From Octopus sinensis (taxonomy: Eukaryota), in contig NW_021823628.1 of assembly GCF_006345805.1 (NCBI RefSeq), positions 1-22,082 of the forward strand: a stretch of 22,082 bases of DNA. Direction: 5' to 3'. A program made the position numbers and the translations under genes. A model generated the notes under the pieces. The model ran no database searches, was not told where the DNA came from, and saw only the letters and a list, made by a program, of their open reading frames with translations. Positions 19,986-22,082 of the stretch are shown one piece after another (positions within the stretch are counted from its first letter, which is position 1; every line of letters begins with the position of its first letter).

Positions 19986-20014
19986 TGTGGTTGGAAGGGG
20001 GGGAAGGATCAGCA

Positions 20015-20078
20015 TGTACACGTGTACGCGTGTGCATGTGTGTGTGTGTGTGTGTGCGTGTGTTTGTGTGTGTTTGTG

Positions 20079-20111
<33 letters not shown>

Positions 20112-20545
20112 ATGCGTGTATGTGTGTGTGTGTGCGTGTATGTGTGTGTATGTGTGTGTGTGTGCGTGTGCGTGTACGTGTATGTGTGTGTGTGTGTGTG
20201 CGTGCGTATGTGTGTGTGTATGTGTGTGTATGTGTGCGTGTGTGTGTGTATGCGTGTACGTGTATGTGTGTGTATGTGTGTGTGTGTGTTTGTGTGCGTG
20301 TGTGTGTGTGTGTGCATGTGTGTGCGTGTGCGTGTATGTGTGTGTGTGCGTGCGTGTATGTGTGTGTCCGTGTATGCGTGTGTTTGTGTATGCGTGTATG
20401 TGTGCGTGTGTGTGTCCGTGTATGCGTGTGTGTGTGTGTATGTGTGTGTGTGTGTGTATGTGTGTGCGCGTGTGTGTGTATGTGTGTGTGTGTATGTGTG
20501 TGCGCGTGTGTGTGTGTGGTGTGTGTGTGTGTGTGTGTGTGTGTG
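20015..20545. repeat. long compound (TG)n microsatellite
   Basis: direct inspection. Confidence 0.97.
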
Positions 20546-20586
20546 TTGGGCTTAATAAATCTTAAACCGAGTGTTTAGAAAAAAGC

Positions 20587-20680
20587 GGTGGTGGTTTTGG
20601 TGGTGGTGATGATGGTAGAAGTAGGGGGTGGGGGACTGGTGGTGTCGCCGGTGGTTACGGCAGTGGAAGTGATCCTTGTG

Positions 20681-20716
<36 letters not shown>

Positions 20717-21460
20717 GTGGTGGTGGTGGTGGTGGTTTTGGTGTTGGTGTTGGTGGTGGTGAGAGCGACTTCAAGAGTGGCGGCGATGATGCCAGTGGTG
20801 CTGGAGATGGTAGTGGTGGTAGTGATTAAGTTGACGATGGTGGCGCTTATGGTGGTGGTCGTGGTCGTCGTGGTGTTGCTGGTGGTGATGGTAATGGCAG
20901 CGGTGGTAGTGATGGCGAGATTTTCAGAGGTGATGATATAAGTATCTTTGAGTCTGGGAGATGATGGTGATGATGGTGATGATGATGATGACGACGATGA
21001 TGACGATGGCGAGGATGATGATGATGATGAAGAAGAGGAGGAGGGGGAGGATGATGATGATGATGATGACGATGGCGATGATGATGATGATAGTGATGAC
21101 GATGAGAAGGAGGAGAGGAAGAGGAGGAGGGTGATGATGATGAAGAAGAAGAGGAGGAGGAGGAGGAGGGTGAGGATGATGATGATGATGATGACGATGG
21201 CGATGATGATGATGATGGCGAGGATGATGATGATGATGAAGAAGAGGAGGAGGAGGAGGAGGGTGAGGATGATGATGATGATGATGATGCTGATGATGAC
21301 GATGGCGATGATGATGATGATGATGAAGAAGAGGAGGAGGATGAGGAGGAGGAGGATGATGATGATGATGATGCTGATGATGACGATGGCGATGATGATG
21401 ATGATAGTGATGACGATGAGAAGAAGGAGGAGAGGAAGAGGAGGAGGGTGATGATGATGA
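20587..21460. repeat. trinucleotide tracts (GGT, GCT, GAT, GAG) with recurring blocks
   Basis: direct inspection; blocks such as GACGATGGCGATGATGATG and AAGAAGAGGAGGAGG recur. Confidence 0.92.
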
Positions 21461-21479
21461 GTGTGTGACCGTTAGTGTG

Positions 21480-22082
21480 GGTACGAGTTGAGACGGAAAA
21501 CAGGTTTCGACGTGAACCTTGTAGATCTTCCGAGACCATAGAAAGATCATACTGGAATCTTTCTTGATGTCACATTTATACTTAACTTCCAATTGGAAGA
21601 AATCTTCAAAGACTCCAAGCAAAAGCGGACTATCACCATATCCCACCTCACTGTACATTAAAGTACCGTAACCCACGCAACCTTATAAAATATATCCACC
21701 CTACATCAGCAAAAGTAAGGGTCCACTATTTTCTGATGAAGCCGTCTTCAGCTGAGCTGCAGAAAATGACTGGGAGACCATAAAATGCAGCCGATACCAA
21801 GAAAGAAAATAAGGTCCTCATTTCCAGTTTCTTGAAACCATTGTAGAAACACCTGGACAAGAAATATATGGTATAACCCATCGTAGAACTTTTCCATTGC
21901 CAAACATTTCGTTTCCATAATCGGAAAATATTCACAATCTGTTAAACACAGACTGCATGAAGGTGGTCTAGAGTTACATGAAACAAGGCGTAATACCAAC
22001 AAAAGAGACAATGCAAAATATGCTGCAATTTAACGTTGAGCAAAGACAAGGAACATACAACTGCCGAAATATTGAGCTTTGT
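21480..22082 (+). pseudogene. decayed non-LTR retrotransposon RT C-terminal fragment, Dong/R4-like
   Basis: across frameshifts: LKYRNPRNLIKYIH (21658), ELQKM/DWETIK (21754-21785), IPRK..(G)LI (21794-21822), L*KHLD. Compare the recalled Dong/R4 motif LKSxLNARNKIxAIN..ELxxLDRKTRK..LYxPRxxGGRGLI. Many stops. Confidence 0.5.

Noticed and set aside
21733-21768. CTGATGAAG...GAAA
   Set aside because: No stem II closing the interval; lies within the RT-like remnant
21550-21975. Alternative readings of the right end as Tc1/mariner (LFSDE), Penelope RT (FLDVT) or Tx1 (EGGL)
   Set aside because: Each rests on one short motif with wrong spacing; the Dong/R4 reading explains several collinear motifs

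Overview
Repeat-saturated, AT-rich, non-coding eukaryotic DNA. The SINE families and microsatellite load look like an octopod cephalopod genome (inferred from recalled repeat sequences, not verified). No intact protein-coding gene is supported: nearly all listed ORFs are translations of simple repeats or SINEs. The window contains three interspersed tRNA-headed SINE families, named arbitrarily here. Family A has 4 young copies, 3 with clear target-site duplications (TSDs). Family B/B2 has about 10 copies, some in tandem or chimeric. Family C is CORE-like with an internal microsatellite and has about 7 copies. There is also a retroposon 3' piece with an (AAT)n tail, a decayed Dong/R4-like RT fragment at the right end, and many micro- and minisatellites. 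The most interesting signals are: (i) three minimal hammerhead-ribozyme-like motifs of the Penelope-like-element (PLE) type at 6135-6171(-), 11989-12023(+) and 18889-18934(-), two of which sit in related ~200-bp non-coding units embedded in microsatellites; (ii) a 259-bp near-perfect palindrome (127-bp arms, 3 mismatches) just upstream of one of them; (iii) several fold-back or mosaic structures (1059-1437, 6872-7144) and a 42-bp hairpin core repeated three times among G/A-rich spacers (10206-10819). All alignments and folds were done by eye.
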